DNA from: Sedimentisphaerales bacterium
Lineage (GTDB): Bacteria > Planctomycetota > Phycisphaerae > Sedimentisphaerales > SM23-30
DNA: 64,000 nucleotides
Reading direction: 5' to 3' (one strand)
Assembly (NCBI GenBank): GCA_963666285.1
Contig: OY762711.1
Of this stretch, positions 30,817 through 41,868 are shown in pieces. A program made the position numbers and the translations under genes. The notes beneath the pieces were generated by a model. That model had not been told where the DNA came from. It saw nothing but the letters and a program-made list of their open reading frames with translations, and searched no databases. The number at the start of each line of letters is the position of its first letter. The stretch's first letter is position 1.

Positions 30817-32136
30817 TTAATTTATACAGTATATATTTTTAGTCCCTTTGATAATAATCTCATCGCCGACAATAGCCGGAGAGCAATCAATATCATCATC
30901 GAGTTTGTTAACTGAAAGCACTTCAAGCTTATCAGAACTATTCAGAACATATGTTACACCATTCCGGCCAATAAAATACACCCTACCGGCAACCGCCACA
31001 GGAGAAGCATATACACCTTTCATCTCATCCAGTTTCTGCTCCTGGAATAATGGCGTTCCAGTCTTTGCATTATAACAGGAAAGAATTTCCTTAAACCCGG
31101 AAAAGACATAAACCCTATCCTGGTATAATATAGGCGACGGAACATAAGGAGTAGCCTTGCTAACTTCCCAAAGAACGGCATCGGTACCGGTCAGGTCACC
31201 GGCAGCATCAAGTTTAATCGCCTGCAATTTAGCCCCCCTATAACCGCTGGTACAATATATAACACCATCAGCATAAACAGGCGCAGGAATAACATTTGTG
31301 GTCTGGCCGGTACAAGTCCAAATTATATCGCCATTTTTAGAGTCATAAGAACGAATCTGATTGGTACCGTTAACAACCACCTGCCATTTCCCATTAACTT
31401 TGACCGGAACCGGGGTAGTCCATGAAGTGCCTTCATCGCGTGTCTTTTTCCAGGCGAGCTTACCGGTTATCTTGTTAAAAGCAAATATTTCAGAATCACC
31501 TTCATGATCTTTTAAGACAATAACATTATCCCCGGCAATACAGGGAGACCCACCCTCACCAAACGAAGCCCTGATAGTATATTTACCAAGTTCCTGTTTC
31601 CATAACCGGTTACCATCCATATCAAAGCAGTACATGCCACGAGACCCGAAATTAGCCCAGATATATTTACCATCAGTTACAGGCGAATATGAATTAAACC
31701 CATGATCGTTATGATGTCTTTCGTGTGGAACAATTTCGATAGCAGTTTTGGTCCAGAGAGTTTTACCGGTGCTGCGGTCAAGGCAAACGAGCACGAACTT
31801 GTAAGGATCCTTAGGTGCCGGCCCTCCTCTTCTTCTGGGCTGCTGCGGCTGCGGATCAGGTTCAGCCTGAACATTATCAGATTCCACTTTAACAGCCGCC
31901 TGGTAATAAATCCTGTCACCCCATACAATAGGAGAAGCATCAGACCCATCTCCCTCAACGGGAACTTTCCATTTGATATTTTCGTTTTCGCTCCATTTAA
32001 CAGGAGGATTGCCATCAGCTGACAGAGCATTAAAATCAATGCCGCGCCAGGTCGGCCAGTTATCAGCAGAAAAAGCATAAGCAGAAAGGACAAAAGATAT
32101 TACCAAGATGCTAAAAACAGAAAAACTTTTTTTCAT
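30817..32136 (-). CDS. PQQ-binding-like beta-propeller protein (planctomycete BamB-like family)
   Basis: Signal peptide; NWPTWRG, P.KWSE.ENIKWK, SPIVWGDRIY; repeated TG..LW motifs. Confidence 0.88.
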   Translation of the reverse strand: MKKSFSVFSILVISFVLSAYAFSADNWPTWRGIDFNALSADGNPPVKWSENENIKWKVPVEGDGSDASPIVWGDRIYYQAAVKVESDNVQAEPDPQPQQPRRRGGPAPKDPYKFVLVCLDRSTGKTLWTKTAIEIVPHERHHNDHGFNSYSPVTDGKYIWANFGSRGMYCFDMDGNRLWKQELGKYTIRASFGEGGSPCIAGDNVIVLKDHEGDSEIFAFNKITGKLAWKKTRDEGTSWTTPVPVKVNGKWQVVVNGTNQIRSYDSKNGDIIWTCTGQTTNVIPAPVYADGVIYCTSGYRGAKLQAIKLDAAGDLTGTDAVLWEVSKATPYVPSPILYQDRVYVFSGFKEILSCYNAKTGTPLFQEQKLDEMKGVYASPVAVAGRVYFIGRNGVTYVLNSSDKLEVLSVNKLDDDIDCSPAIVGDEIIIKGTKNIYCIN

Positions 32137-32545
32137 AATACTTCTCCGATAGGTTATTCATATAATGATTTCTTTTAGTAGTATAAAGCCTGAAGGCCAC
32201 ATATCAAACAAAACTTTCACATATTGTGCAGATAGTTATAATACCGGTACCGAGATACATACCGATACATACCAAAATTTAAGGCAGAACGAACAAAACA
32301 ACGATTTATTGCATCAAAACACGAATTTCTTTGCCATAAAACACGCAAGATTGAGTCCCATAAATTGAGTAATTAAGAAAAAAAACAGCCTTCTTCAAAA
32401 AGACATATTCTATAACGACTTAGAACTAATAGTCTTATATCCCAAGTCAAAATTAATTAGTAAGCCAATGTCAAGTCCGATGCAGAGAAAATCGATAAAA
32501 CAGGCGGTTATATACACTTAAATGAATGTATAGAGGTAAAATAAA

Positions 32546-34312
32546 ATGAGTTTGAAATCGAAGTTTATCTTCCCGACGATATTGATTATCCTGATATGTT
32601 TCAGTGCGATAACTTTATTTGCAAATTACATGATAACCAAGAATGCAGTAAGCATTGCAGAGAAGAATGTTATGAACCTGTCGTCCACATTGGGCAAGGC
32701 ACTGGATGCATATTTCATGGAGAACATCCATGCCGCCGAGGCACTGGCAAATACCAGCATAACCAACCGCGTACTGAAAGAGACCAAGGGCAAAGACATG
32801 TCTGACAAATCATATATCGAAGAGCTAACAGCTAACAGCGATATAATCGAGATATGCAACCAGTTCAGCAGTTTCCGCGAGCAATACAAGATGAATGCGA
32901 TATACCTGATGAACTCCGACGGTAAAGTAGTAGGCGGCCAATCGATAAGCAAACTTGGTTTAGACCTGAGCGGCAGAGCATATTTCAAAGAAATATCTTC
33001 GACCCAAAAGCCTGCCTTTTCAGAAGCTATCTTGTCCAAAACCACCGGAAAACCTACAATTGTATTTGGGACACCAATCCTGGAAAACGGTAGTAATTTA
33101 CTAGGTGTGTTAATAGTATCAATTGATTACCAGCCGTTCTTTGAAAGCAATATAGGAAACATAACAATCGGCAACGATCAGAATGCGTATGCAATCTCGA
33201 CAGCGCAAAAAGTAGTAGCCCATATTAATAAAGAATTTGTAAACATTAAAGAGAACTCAACCTGGGAACACGTGCCAGCAATATGCGAGTCAAACGGCGG
33301 TATCGTAACCTATACAGATCACAACGGTTCAGCGATAATAAGCGGCGTGTACCCGATGCAATCAGTAAACTGGTATATGGTAGTACCAGTAAAAAGTCAG
33401 GAAGTAATCACCGTAGCCAAACATGTATCATTTTACCTGGTAATAGCGGCAGTAATCTCTATCCTGGCATTGACAGGTCAGGTAATATTCAGCCTGCAAA
33501 GTTACATTTTTAAGCCATTATCGGCGATAGTAAACAGTCTAAACAGCTTGAATGCTACAGTAAATGAAGCAGCGGCCCAGGCAAAATCAGCATCACAATC
33601 ACTGGCAAACGGAGCAAGCTCCCAGGCAGGCAGCCTGGAAGAAACCGTCAGTTCGGTAGAAGAGATATCATCTCAGACAAAAAATAATGCATCAAATGCG
33701 AAGCGAGCAAACGAGCTGTCAAGTCAAACATCTGAGGCGGCAATACAGGGAGCTGCGGCAATGGAGCAGATGAAAACAGCCATTTTAGCGATAAAAGAGT
33801 CCGCGGAAGAAACCAGCAATATAATAAGCACGATCAATGATATCGCGTTTCAGACTAATCTGCTGGCCCTGAATGCGGCGGTAGAAGCAGCACGAGCCGG
33901 TGAGTCAGGCAAAGGCTTTGCAGTGGTAGCCGAAGAAGTGCGCAACCTGGCAATGCGATCAGCGGAAGCGGTGAAGAACACCTCAGGCATAATTGAAAAA
34001 TCAGTGTCAAGTGCCGGCAGCGGCAACGAGATAACGCAACAAGTTGCCGAGGTACTAGACGGCATCGTACAGACGGCAAACGAGGCCAATACCCTGCTAG
34101 GGCAAATAGCTTTAGCGAGCAAAGAGCAGTCAATCGGAATCAGTCACATCAATACAACAATAGCTGAAATAGACAAGGTAACACAGATTAATGCCGCGGA
34201 AGCGGAAGAGTCGGTAACTTCTGCTGAATCATTGGAAAAACAGGCCAAAGAAATGAACGATGTAGTGTTGAAAATGGTCGAATTAATCGGAAAGGGAAAT
34301 AATGCACAGTGA
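32546..34312 (+). CDS. Methyl-accepting chemotaxis protein with Cache-type sensor
   Basis: Two TMs; [56 protein letters not shown]. Confidence 0.95.
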   Translation: MSLKSKFIFPTILIILICFSAITLFANYMITKNAVSIAEKNVMNLSSTLGKALDAYFMENIHAAEALANTSITNRVLKETKGKDMSDKSYIEELTANSDIIEICNQFSSFREQYKMNAIYLMNSDGKVVGGQSISKLGLDLSGRAYFKEISSTQKPAFSEAILSKTTGKPTIVFGTPILENGSNLLGVLIVSIDYQPFFESNIGNITIGNDQNAYAISTAQKVVAHINKEFVNIKENSTWEHVPAICESNGGIVTYTDHNGSAIISGVYPMQSVNWYMVVPVKSQEVITVAKHVSFYLVIAAVISILALTGQVIFSLQSYIFKPLSAIVNSLNSLNATVNEAAAQAKSASQSLANGASSQAGSLEETVSSVEEISSQTKNNASNAKRANELSSQTSEAAIQGAAAMEQMKTAILAIKESAEETSNIISTINDIAFQTNLLALNAAVEAARAGESGKGFAVVAEEVRNLAMRSAEAVKNTSGIIEKSVSSAGSGNEITQQVAEVLDGIVQTANEANTLLGQIALASKEQSIGISHINTTIAEIDKVTQINAAEAEESVTSAESLEKQAKEMNDVVLKMVELIGKGNNAQ

Positions 34313-34330
34313 AAAGTGTGCATAAATTAA

Positions 34331-34364
34331 AGAGCCGGAAACATGGTCATTTCCGGCTTTTTTT
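34331..34364 (+). terminator. Intrinsic terminator
   Basis: agagccggaaa...tttccggcttttttt. Confidence 0.8.
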
Positions 34365-34812
34365 ACGCGCAAAGTTAAGTGCTAAACGAATGCGTAAGTA
34401 AAATAAACTTAACATTTCATGAGTTTTTCTAAGGGTAATCACTGATGAATTACAGATAAAAATCCTGAAAAACAATAACCAGGCTCAAACAGCTAAAATA
34501 ACAGCGGAAATAGACGGAGCCGCAAGGAACAGCAGCAGAGAGCTTACGGCGAGCGGCGGCGGCTAAGCGATGAGTTAACGGCGTGTGTGCCATGGCAAAC
34601 GAACAGCAAACCACTGCGGAGACGAACGGCGGCTCAGCGGCTGGCAGTAACAACCTCTAGCCGCTTACGGCGGGTGTGCGGCGGTAATACGGCGGCGAAC
34701 GGGATAGACGACCGGTAAAACAGTGAAATTCGAGTTAAATACGGCGAGCTATATATCTTCAGTGATGGCTTTATGCCGGGATGGGTGAAGTAAATAACTC
34801 TAATAATTAAGC

Positions 34813-36000
34813 TTACGGTTTCAGCAGTTTTTTGAATATGCCGGGGAGCTGATGAGACGGTTTGATTTTGTCGCAGATCTGCGTGGAAATTTCCGGCGGC
34901 AGCGGAAGTGGGCAGTCCAGATGTCGAGCTATATCGGAGCATATTTCTTTCATTAGACAGCCGCAGCGCGGGTGGTGAAAATAGCGGTCCATTTGCTGCC
35001 AGATCAGGTCTAGCGGTGTTTCGAGAACATTGCCGAACGAGAGCGGAGTAAGGTCACATGGGCACACGCTGCCAAGAGCGTCGATGTAAAGATGATGGTA
35101 ACCGGCACCGCACCCGAAAAGTTCGTCGGATTCGAGGTAAGAGAACCCTGAAATTGCGGGGCCCGCGTTTTGCCGGTTCCAATTAACGTGTAAATCGTAT
35201 AGACGCTGCGAATGAGATTGATTGAGTATCTGTTCGGGGTGGCCGGATATGCTGCCGGTTGGTATTGGCTCCAGTATGCGGAACTCGTGTACGCCGAGGT
35301 CGGCGGCCATAAGAGTCATGCGTTCGATGATCCCGTTTTCGATTTTGGCGGCGGTGGCAACGGTTGAGATAGCGGTATATAGCCCGGCCTGCAGCGAGGT
35401 GTTGATAGCAGCGAGCCCGGCATCGAATGAACCGCACACACCGCGGGTACTGTCGTGTTCGCGGCGGTTGTCGGACTCGAGCCCGATCATCAGGCAGCCA
35501 AGGTTGGCGTCGGCGAGCTTTCGGGCGAGTAAGTCGGTCAGGTTATAGCCGGTAGTGAATATGATAGTGGCACAATCGCCGGCTGCTTTGACGAGAGTAG
35601 CGATATCGTCACGGAGCAGCGGTTCGCCGCCGGTGAAGCCAAGGGTAATAGTACCGATGGACCCGATCTGGTCGATGACCTTAACAGCGTTTTCGGTGTC
35701 GAGTCTGCCGGGTGTATGTTTGCCGTAGCTACAGTGAGGGCAACTATATGGGCACTGGTCGGTGACGGCAAAATAGCAAGAGTAAGGAACGCGGGCGCGT
35801 TTGATGGCACTGGCGAGGAACCGGTCGAATGCCGGGGATGGGTACGGCGGGAAGAAGGTATTGATCCGCAGTTGGCCGTTATGTCGGTGCGGGTTTTCGT
35901 TACGCAGTTTCGCGACCATATTGAACAGGTGTGCAAGCGGCAGTCTGCCAAGTGATCGCAGAAATAGCGGGGTTAATTGTAACCAATGGCACATTTTCAT
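34813..36000 (-). CDS. Radical SAM protein with SPASM/twitch domain
   Basis: CPYSCPHC, FTGGEPLLR, CGAG...YID..G.VCPC...FGNV. Confidence 0.9.
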   Translation of the reverse strand: MKMCHWLQLTPLFLRSLGRLPLAHLFNMVAKLRNENPHRHNGQLRINTFFPPYPSPAFDRFLASAIKRARVPYSCYFAVTDQCPYSCPHCSYGKHTPGRLDTENAVKVIDQIGSIGTITLGFTGGEPLLRDDIATLVKAAGDCATIIFTTGYNLTDLLARKLADANLGCLMIGLESDNRREHDSTRGVCGSFDAGLAAINTSLQAGLYTAISTVATAAKIENGIIERMTLMAADLGVHEFRILEPIPTGSISGHPEQILNQSHSQRLYDLHVNWNRQNAGPAISGFSYLESDELFGCGAGYHHLYIDALGSVCPCDLTPLSFGNVLETPLDLIWQQMDRYFHHPRCGCLMKEICSDIARHLDCPLPLPPEISTQICDKIKPSHQLPGIFKKLLKP

Positions 36001-36401
36001 GATACCGTATATTATACTTTATATTGGCAAGAACTACAACCTAATGAGTGAAGAACGAAGAGTTATGTATGCCTGGCATGTCGCACGCGGGTTAATGTGT
36101 TCGCTTTCTCTCATAGCTGGTTTTAATCGGCTAACGCCGAGGAAAATGCTTTACCACCGATGGACACCGATTTTATTACTGAGGAGGCGGCTTTCCGAGG
36201 TATATTATTTATTGCTCACCGGGGGAGGCTGGAAACGCAGGGTTAGTTCAAAACTCAAGAATATAAAAGAGCTAAACGAAAATTCACGAAAGAACACGAA
36301 AAAATTGTTTGGGGCTGGGTTGGTTGTGTGGTAGAATTGGGAATTGAGAAGATCACTTTTTAAAGTATCAAGTGTAAATTCAAAGTGTAAAAGTGCGGTT
36401 T

Positions 36402-36574
36402 CGCACATTTGACTGTTCAACATTACACGCAAAGGCCAGAACAGGGCCTTGTGAATGAAAAACTCTATATTTAAATGTATTTCCGAGCTATTTCTCGAAA
36501 GTATATTTAATTCAAAGCGTTGCAAAAAGGCCCTTTTAGGCGATTTTTGCACCTTAAAAACTGCGAAAGTAAAC
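36402..36574 (+). repeat. Dispersed structured element, copy 2 (5'-truncated)
   Basis: tttgactgttcaacattacacgcaaaggcc...aaaactgcgaaagtaaac shared with 4108 and 54424. Confidence 0.9.
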
Positions 36575-36608
36575 TAAAAAGATAGTGTACTAATCTACAC
36601 AGGGAACT

Positions 36609-36825
36609 TATTTTTAATCGCCTGCGGCGGAAAATGCTTAACCACAGATGACGCGAATCCGCCTGAGGCGGATTTCATTCAGCTCGGCGTTGGCAGTAAT
36701 TAAGAATCGCTTCAAGGTTCGCTAAAGCTAGGCTCGACAAAGAAAGCACATGATTAATATTTTTTTGAACCGCGGATGAACGCGGATGAACACCGATGAA
36801 GAAAAGAGTAAGGTGTAAAATCAAA
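36609..36825 (+). repeat. Left direct repeat blocks flanking the ankyrin gene
   Basis: 36609-36639 matches 39249-39279 at 30/31; 36769-36825 matches 39281-39337 at 56/57. Confidence 0.9.
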
Positions 36826-36904
36826 TGAGTAAACAATGTGTTACTGCACCGTACGGTACAGGACCTTGTTTTAAAGCTGACGCGGGAGTGAAGTTTAATA
36901 GAAA

Positions 36905-38848
36905 TTATTTCAAATAACTTTCAATCAAATCAGCAATATCATCGTTTCCGTTTTCCCGGGCATAATCAATCAGTATTTTTGATCCGTTATTTTCAGAATA
37001 GACAAAATCAGGAATTGCGCCAGAATCAAGGATGAACTTAACTATTTCAATGTTTTTTATATGGATTGCCGCCCTGATAATATACCTTTTAGAATAATCT
37101 ATTGGCGGGAGCTGAATTCGAACAGCATTTGGATCTTTGTCATGTATATCATCATATTTAGTGAGATATTCCTCATAAGGTCTTGGCGCAAAATTGATAT
37201 CAGCTCCATAAGTCAGCAACAACTTCAGAAGATCAAAGTTGTCATTCATTACCGCATAAAATAACGGATAATCAGCGTTGATATTTTTAATATTCACCTC
37301 TGCGCCAGCAGCCAGAAGGGTTTTGGCAACTTCAAAATGATTATTTTTACATGCCAGCAGTAAAGCAGAATCACCAGTAGAATTCCGAGGAATATCGTCA
37401 GAGATTTCAGTTTGATCTTCGTACGATATATCTGAAGTAATATACGCAAAATCGAAAATATTTTCATTAAGATCGACTCTTGAATTTATATCAACACCCT
37501 TGGAAATCAGATGCTCAACGATTGCAAGGTCGCCTGCCTGGGCAGCATTAAATAACTCATAAACCAAATAGTCCATGCCTGGTTTTTGACGGGATGAACG
37601 GCTAGCGGGTGCAACCTCATTTATAAATTCCGGCTGGTCTAATTGTTCCTGTTCTGCATTTTCATTGTCGGTCTCTGAATTATCAGCCGGAGTAAACTGG
37701 TTATCCTTATAATACTTCTCTCTATATTGTTTTGAATATTCAAGCAGTTCAAGAACCTCGGCAGGAGGGTTTTCTTTTGCATAGACCAGCAGTTCAAGAA
37801 TCATACTGTCAACATCATATTTCCGGGCAATATCAATTGGAGTTTCATCCTTATTGTTTTCTGTAAATGGTCTGACACCACAATCTAATAAATATTCAAC
37901 TACCTCTATATTGTTTTGTTTAACAGCCCGATGCAAGGCAGAATTGCCGTAGTTATTAACTTCTGATAGCGAATAGCCATTTTCATAAAGCAATTTAAGA
38001 CATTCAAGATTGCCGTTAGCCGCTGCTGTTACAACCGGCGAAAAGGAACTGCCATAAGGATTTGAACAATAAACAGGAATAGACTTAAGAAGTAATGCCA
38101 GAATTTCCGCATTACCATTTTGAGATGCAAGCTGAATCGATAGTGGATGATTTCGTTGAAATTTTCCCATAGGACAACTTTCGACTTTTGCTCCCTTGGC
38201 TAATAGCAGCTTAACAAAATCTACATTATTCAGATAAACGGCGTAACAAAGTGATACATCAAATTCAGGAATTCCACTGATCATCCAATAATGTATTTTT
38301 TCAGGTTCATGATTATTGATATGAGAATTCCAGAATGCACTGCTCGCATAACCACTATATAAATCAAAGGCAAGCTTTTCGACTTTATCATTATACTCAT
38401 TAGAACTTGTTTTTTGATCGCCCAATGAAATGTAAAACATTTTCGACTTCAACCGCATAGCCAGCTGAAGGTCAAAGTCATTAAATAGAGTGAGGTTATT
38501 ACTGACTTGAAATTTTGGTTTTTTCCAGGCGTTTCCGTTTAATTCCTGAACTAACACAGACTGAGACTGAGTATGGTCATATTGCTCATAAATGTATGAT
38601 TTTGAACTGATCCCAAAACAGAGATAACCAGTAACAAAATCATTTCCTGCCGTTGACTTATTCAGTTCGTATGAACTGTAATTATTACTTTTGAAAGATC
38701 TATTTACGGAATCAAGTAACCCTTTCGAGATGACTACTTTTCTGCCAATATTCTCGAATAACATGTCAGGTTCAGTAATCTCAACAATATCATTAGCAGA
38801 GACAACACCCACAAGAAATAACATAACTACCAGTAATATTTTATTCAT
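36905..38848 (-). CDS. Secreted ankyrin-repeat protein
   Basis: Signal peptide; GNSALHRAV..NN.EVVEYLL..G, GDSALLLAC..NH.EVAK.LL.AGA.VN and similar repeats. Confidence 0.9.
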   Translation of the reverse strand: MNKILLVVMLFLVGVVSANDIVEITEPDMLFENIGRKVVISKGLLDSVNRSFKSNNYSSYELNKSTAGNDFVTGYLCFGISSKSYIYEQYDHTQSQSVLVQELNGNAWKKPKFQVSNNLTLFNDFDLQLAMRLKSKMFYISLGDQKTSSNEYNDKVEKLAFDLYSGYASSAFWNSHINNHEPEKIHYWMISGIPEFDVSLCYAVYLNNVDFVKLLLAKGAKVESCPMGKFQRNHPLSIQLASQNGNAEILALLLKSIPVYCSNPYGSSFSPVVTAAANGNLECLKLLYENGYSLSEVNNYGNSALHRAVKQNNIEVVEYLLDCGVRPFTENNKDETPIDIARKYDVDSMILELLVYAKENPPAEVLELLEYSKQYREKYYKDNQFTPADNSETDNENAEQEQLDQPEFINEVAPASRSSRQKPGMDYLVYELFNAAQAGDLAIVEHLISKGVDINSRVDLNENIFDFAYITSDISYEDQTEISDDIPRNSTGDSALLLACKNNHFEVAKTLLAAGAEVNIKNINADYPLFYAVMNDNFDLLKLLLTYGADINFAPRPYEEYLTKYDDIHDKDPNAVRIQLPPIDYSKRYIIRAAIHIKNIEIVKFILDSGAIPDFVYSENNGSKILIDYARENGNDDIADLIESYLK

Positions 38849-39248
38849 AAATGAATCCTCATTAATAAGTGTAAGGGTACAATTATTATTATCACATGAA
38901 GATTAAATATTACAAGAATATTATTATGCATTTGGGGACATTCTGATATATAAGATTGAGGTGGTCGGTGCGTTGCGGTTATTATAATCACGCGGGAGGC
39001 AGAAAATGCTCTACTATGATTTACACCGATAAGAAAATGTTTATAAATTAACCCACCCTACATGTCATGGGCAGCTCTGATAGTCTAATGCGATGTCGGG
39101 TTGGTTGAAAAGTTTCGGGCAGCGATGAGAATAATTTTTGCTCGCAGAGTCCGCAGAGATCGCAAAGGAAATTAACTGACTATGAAGAGAGTGAAGAAAG
39201 TTTAAAGTTTAAAATATAAAGTGTAAAGAAAGTATCGCTGACGCGACC

Positions 39249-39337
39249 TATTTTAAATCGCCTGCGGCGGAAAATGCTTTACCGCGGATGAACGCTGATG
39301 AACACCGATGAAGAAAAGAGTAAGGTGTAAAATCAAA
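39249..39337 (+). repeat. Right direct repeat flanking the ankyrin gene
   Basis: Contiguous version of the two left blocks. Confidence 0.9.
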
Positions 39338-39607
39338 ATTGTAGAGAAGGTGTCGCAGCACGGGCAACAAAAATTTCAATTCAATTCCAAGTTGTTATGG
39401 CAAGTCATTAATCATATAACTTCAATTCAGCAAACAGTTTTCGTGTATTTCTCCATAAAACGAAATATCAGTTACGGGAAGTTTTATTCTTCTAACGATC
39501 AGCTATCTGAGCAGCAGTAACCTGCGATATAATAATCAAAAGATATAACGCATTAAGAATAAGGTGTTTATGCCGTATTTAGAATATGTGTTTTTATTCG
39601 GGCAGTT

Positions 39608-39624
39608 TTGGCACACCTATTGTT
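39608..39624 (+). promoter_or_regulatory. Candidate sigma54 promoter
   Basis: TTGGCACACCTATTGTT vs consensus YTGGCACG-N4-TTGCW (the -12 GC is GT). Confidence 0.4.
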
Positions 39625-39830
39625 ATTTATTATGCCAAGAGAAAATTGAATAATACCCGCCAACAATTATATGTATAGAGAGAATATATGCTGCCGCCCT
39701 GGATTTATACCCCCCCGTCTGCTTTAAGCTTTGTAATCATCCAGGGCGGTAGAGTGAGCAACCTAAGTAAGGTGCCAGGTAAGGAATGCCGCAGAGCGGC
39801 AACTAATTTTAATTTTTAAAAGGATTTAAG

Positions 39831-41855
39831 ATGAAGAAAGAATGGTTGAAATGTGTTGTATTGGTATTTATAGCTGTATTATTTGACTCATTATACGGCG
39901 GCACGTATTCCGGCGGTACAGGCATCGCGGCTGACCCGTTTCATATCAGCAAGCCTGAAGACTGGAGTGAGCTATGCCAGAGCGTGCAGGACTGGTCGGC
40001 GTGTTTTGTAATGGATAATAGTATAGATCTGGGTGAAATTGCCGGGCTTATGCCGGTGGGTAATAGCGAAGATCATTTTGACGGCCAGTTAACCGGTTTC
40101 GGATATGAAATTACAAACATTTCAATCGAAATGCCCGAAACTGATAATGTGGGACTGTTCGGCTGGGTCGGAGCAGAGTCTAACATAACGGGGATAAAGG
40201 TTTATAGCGGAGCGGTCAGCGGCAACAGGAATGTCGGCGGAATAGCCGGTATATGCTTTGGCACAATATCAAACTGCATTTCAGACTGTACAATAACGGC
40301 AGCGGACGATAACGCGGGCGGGATAGCGGGCAAGACCTCGGAAGGAGTAGTCATTTATTGCAGTTCCAGCGGAACCGTAACCGGCGATTACTATGTCGGC
40401 GGCCTGGTTGGCTACTGCTATGATGAGAGCATAGTTGAATGCTGCAAGTCAGATTCAGAGGTAAGCGGAAACTATTATGCGGGCGGCCTAATCGGATATA
40501 CATATTTCGGTTCGGAAATAGAGAAGTCATTTTCTAGCGGAAGAGTAGAAGGCAGCTATTATATCGGCGGGCTGGTTGGCGAGCATTATTCAGCGAGTAA
40601 GATAAGAGATTGCTACTCTATCTCACCGGTGACCGGCGATCAATTTGTCGGCGGGCTGGTCGGCAGGAGCAATAACGGTCATATATACAGCAGCTATTCA
40701 TCCGGCCATGTAGAAGCAACCTACAGTACGGTCGCGGGCGGTCTGACAGGCGGTAAGATAAACGGCAGTATTAATGATTCGTTCTGCAATAGCGAGACCT
40801 GCGGGATAAGAGACAGTTACGGTGGGATGAACCGGACCACATCGCAGATGAGCGATATTAATACATTTGTAAATTACGGATGGCAATTTGTCGAGCTGGC
40901 TAAGGATCCGGTATGGTTTATGCCGGTAGAAGGCAGCCCGCGTTTATATGCGATGCGTCATATAGATTATGCCGGACCGTCAGCATCAGTTATCCGTCAG
41001 AGTGAAATGGCAACGACCAGCTTTATATTGAATGCGAAGTCAGACGAACCGGTCAGCTGGGAGCTGGCCACAGGCCAGGGTAGCCCGTGGCTTGAGCTGC
41101 TGAGTGTGTCGTCGGGCACATTTGAGAATATAACAGACCAGGCAACAATCGAAATATCAATAACAGCGCCAATATTGCCGGGCGAATATGATGGTATAGT
41201 TATTGTTACTACTGACAATGGCGAAAGACATAATATACATATTCCATTTACAGTTTACAACCTGGTAGATATAGAGGAGTTTGGGATATTAGCACAATAC
41301 TGGGGGTGTGAAGACTGTGTCGGCGGTAGTCCGTGTGATGCCGCGGACTATTATGATGATGGCAAGATAGACACCCTGGATCTGATGCAATATGCCATGA
41401 GCTGGCTATCAACAGAGATTATCTATGGTGAAGACCGGATAACGGATAATTTTGAATCGGGCGATTTCAGTAAGCTTGGCTGGCAATTGAGCGGTGATGA
41501 GAACTGGACAATTGATGATGAAGTGTATTATGAAGGCAGTTACAGTATAAAATCCGGTGATATAGGTCATTCAGATGAGTCGGTAATAGCCCTTGAAACA
41601 GATACAGGCGAATACGATACAATCAGTTTTGCATGTATGATATCAAGTGAACTGGATTGGGACACTCTGTGTTTTTATATTGACGGCATAAAGAAAATGG
41701 AGATCTCGGGCGAAAACAGCTGGAAAAGCAAAACGTTTACCTTTACGCCCGGTGAGCATACGTTCAAATGGGAATACAGCAAAGACAGTTCCTGGTCTGC
41801 CGGGGATGACTGCTGCCGGCTTGACGATATAAAGATATTCAAGCAATCGAACTAG
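39831..41855 (+). CDS. Secreted GLUG-motif protein with dockerin-like and C-terminal beta-sandwich domains
   Basis: YSGGTG...DPF.I, repeated VGGLVG/AGGIAG, DYYDDGKID..DL...A.SWL. Confidence 0.85.
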   Translation: MKKEWLKCVVLVFIAVLFDSLYGGTYSGGTGIAADPFHISKPEDWSELCQSVQDWSACFVMDNSIDLGEIAGLMPVGNSEDHFDGQLTGFGYEITNISIEMPETDNVGLFGWVGAESNITGIKVYSGAVSGNRNVGGIAGICFGTISNCISDCTITAADDNAGGIAGKTSEGVVIYCSSSGTVTGDYYVGGLVGYCYDESIVECCKSDSEVSGNYYAGGLIGYTYFGSEIEKSFSSGRVEGSYYIGGLVGEHYSASKIRDCYSISPVTGDQFVGGLVGRSNNGHIYSSYSSGHVEATYSTVAGGLTGGKINGSINDSFCNSETCGIRDSYGGMNRTTSQMSDINTFVNYGWQFVELAKDPVWFMPVEGSPRLYAMRHIDYAGPSASVIRQSEMATTSFILNAKSDEPVSWELATGQGSPWLELLSVSSGTFENITDQATIEISITAPILPGEYDGIVIVTTDNGERHNIHIPFTVYNLVDIEEFGILAQYWGCEDCVGGSPCDAADYYDDGKIDTLDLMQYAMSWLSTEIIYGEDRITDNFESGDFSKLGWQLSGDENWTIDDEVYYEGSYSIKSGDIGHSDESVIALETDTGEYDTISFACMISSELDWDTLCFYIDGIKKMEISGENSWKSKTFTFTPGEHTFKWEYSKDSSWSAGDDCCRLDDIKIFKQSN

Positions 41856-41868
41856 CAGAATGTAATAA

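Noticed and set aside
32470..32498. Sigma28-like TCAAG-N15-ATCGATAA upstream of the MCP
   Set aside because: Biologically plausible but with too many mismatches to call by eye
36050..39400. Integron/attC array or intact IS
   Set aside because: No integrase or transposase ORF, and no clear RYYYAAC...GTTRRRY attC pairs; retained only as a repeat mosaic
39308..39520. 70-aa ORF (also 44169-44705 and 52054-52248)
   Set aside because: They start within repeats or overlap real genes, with no recognisable features
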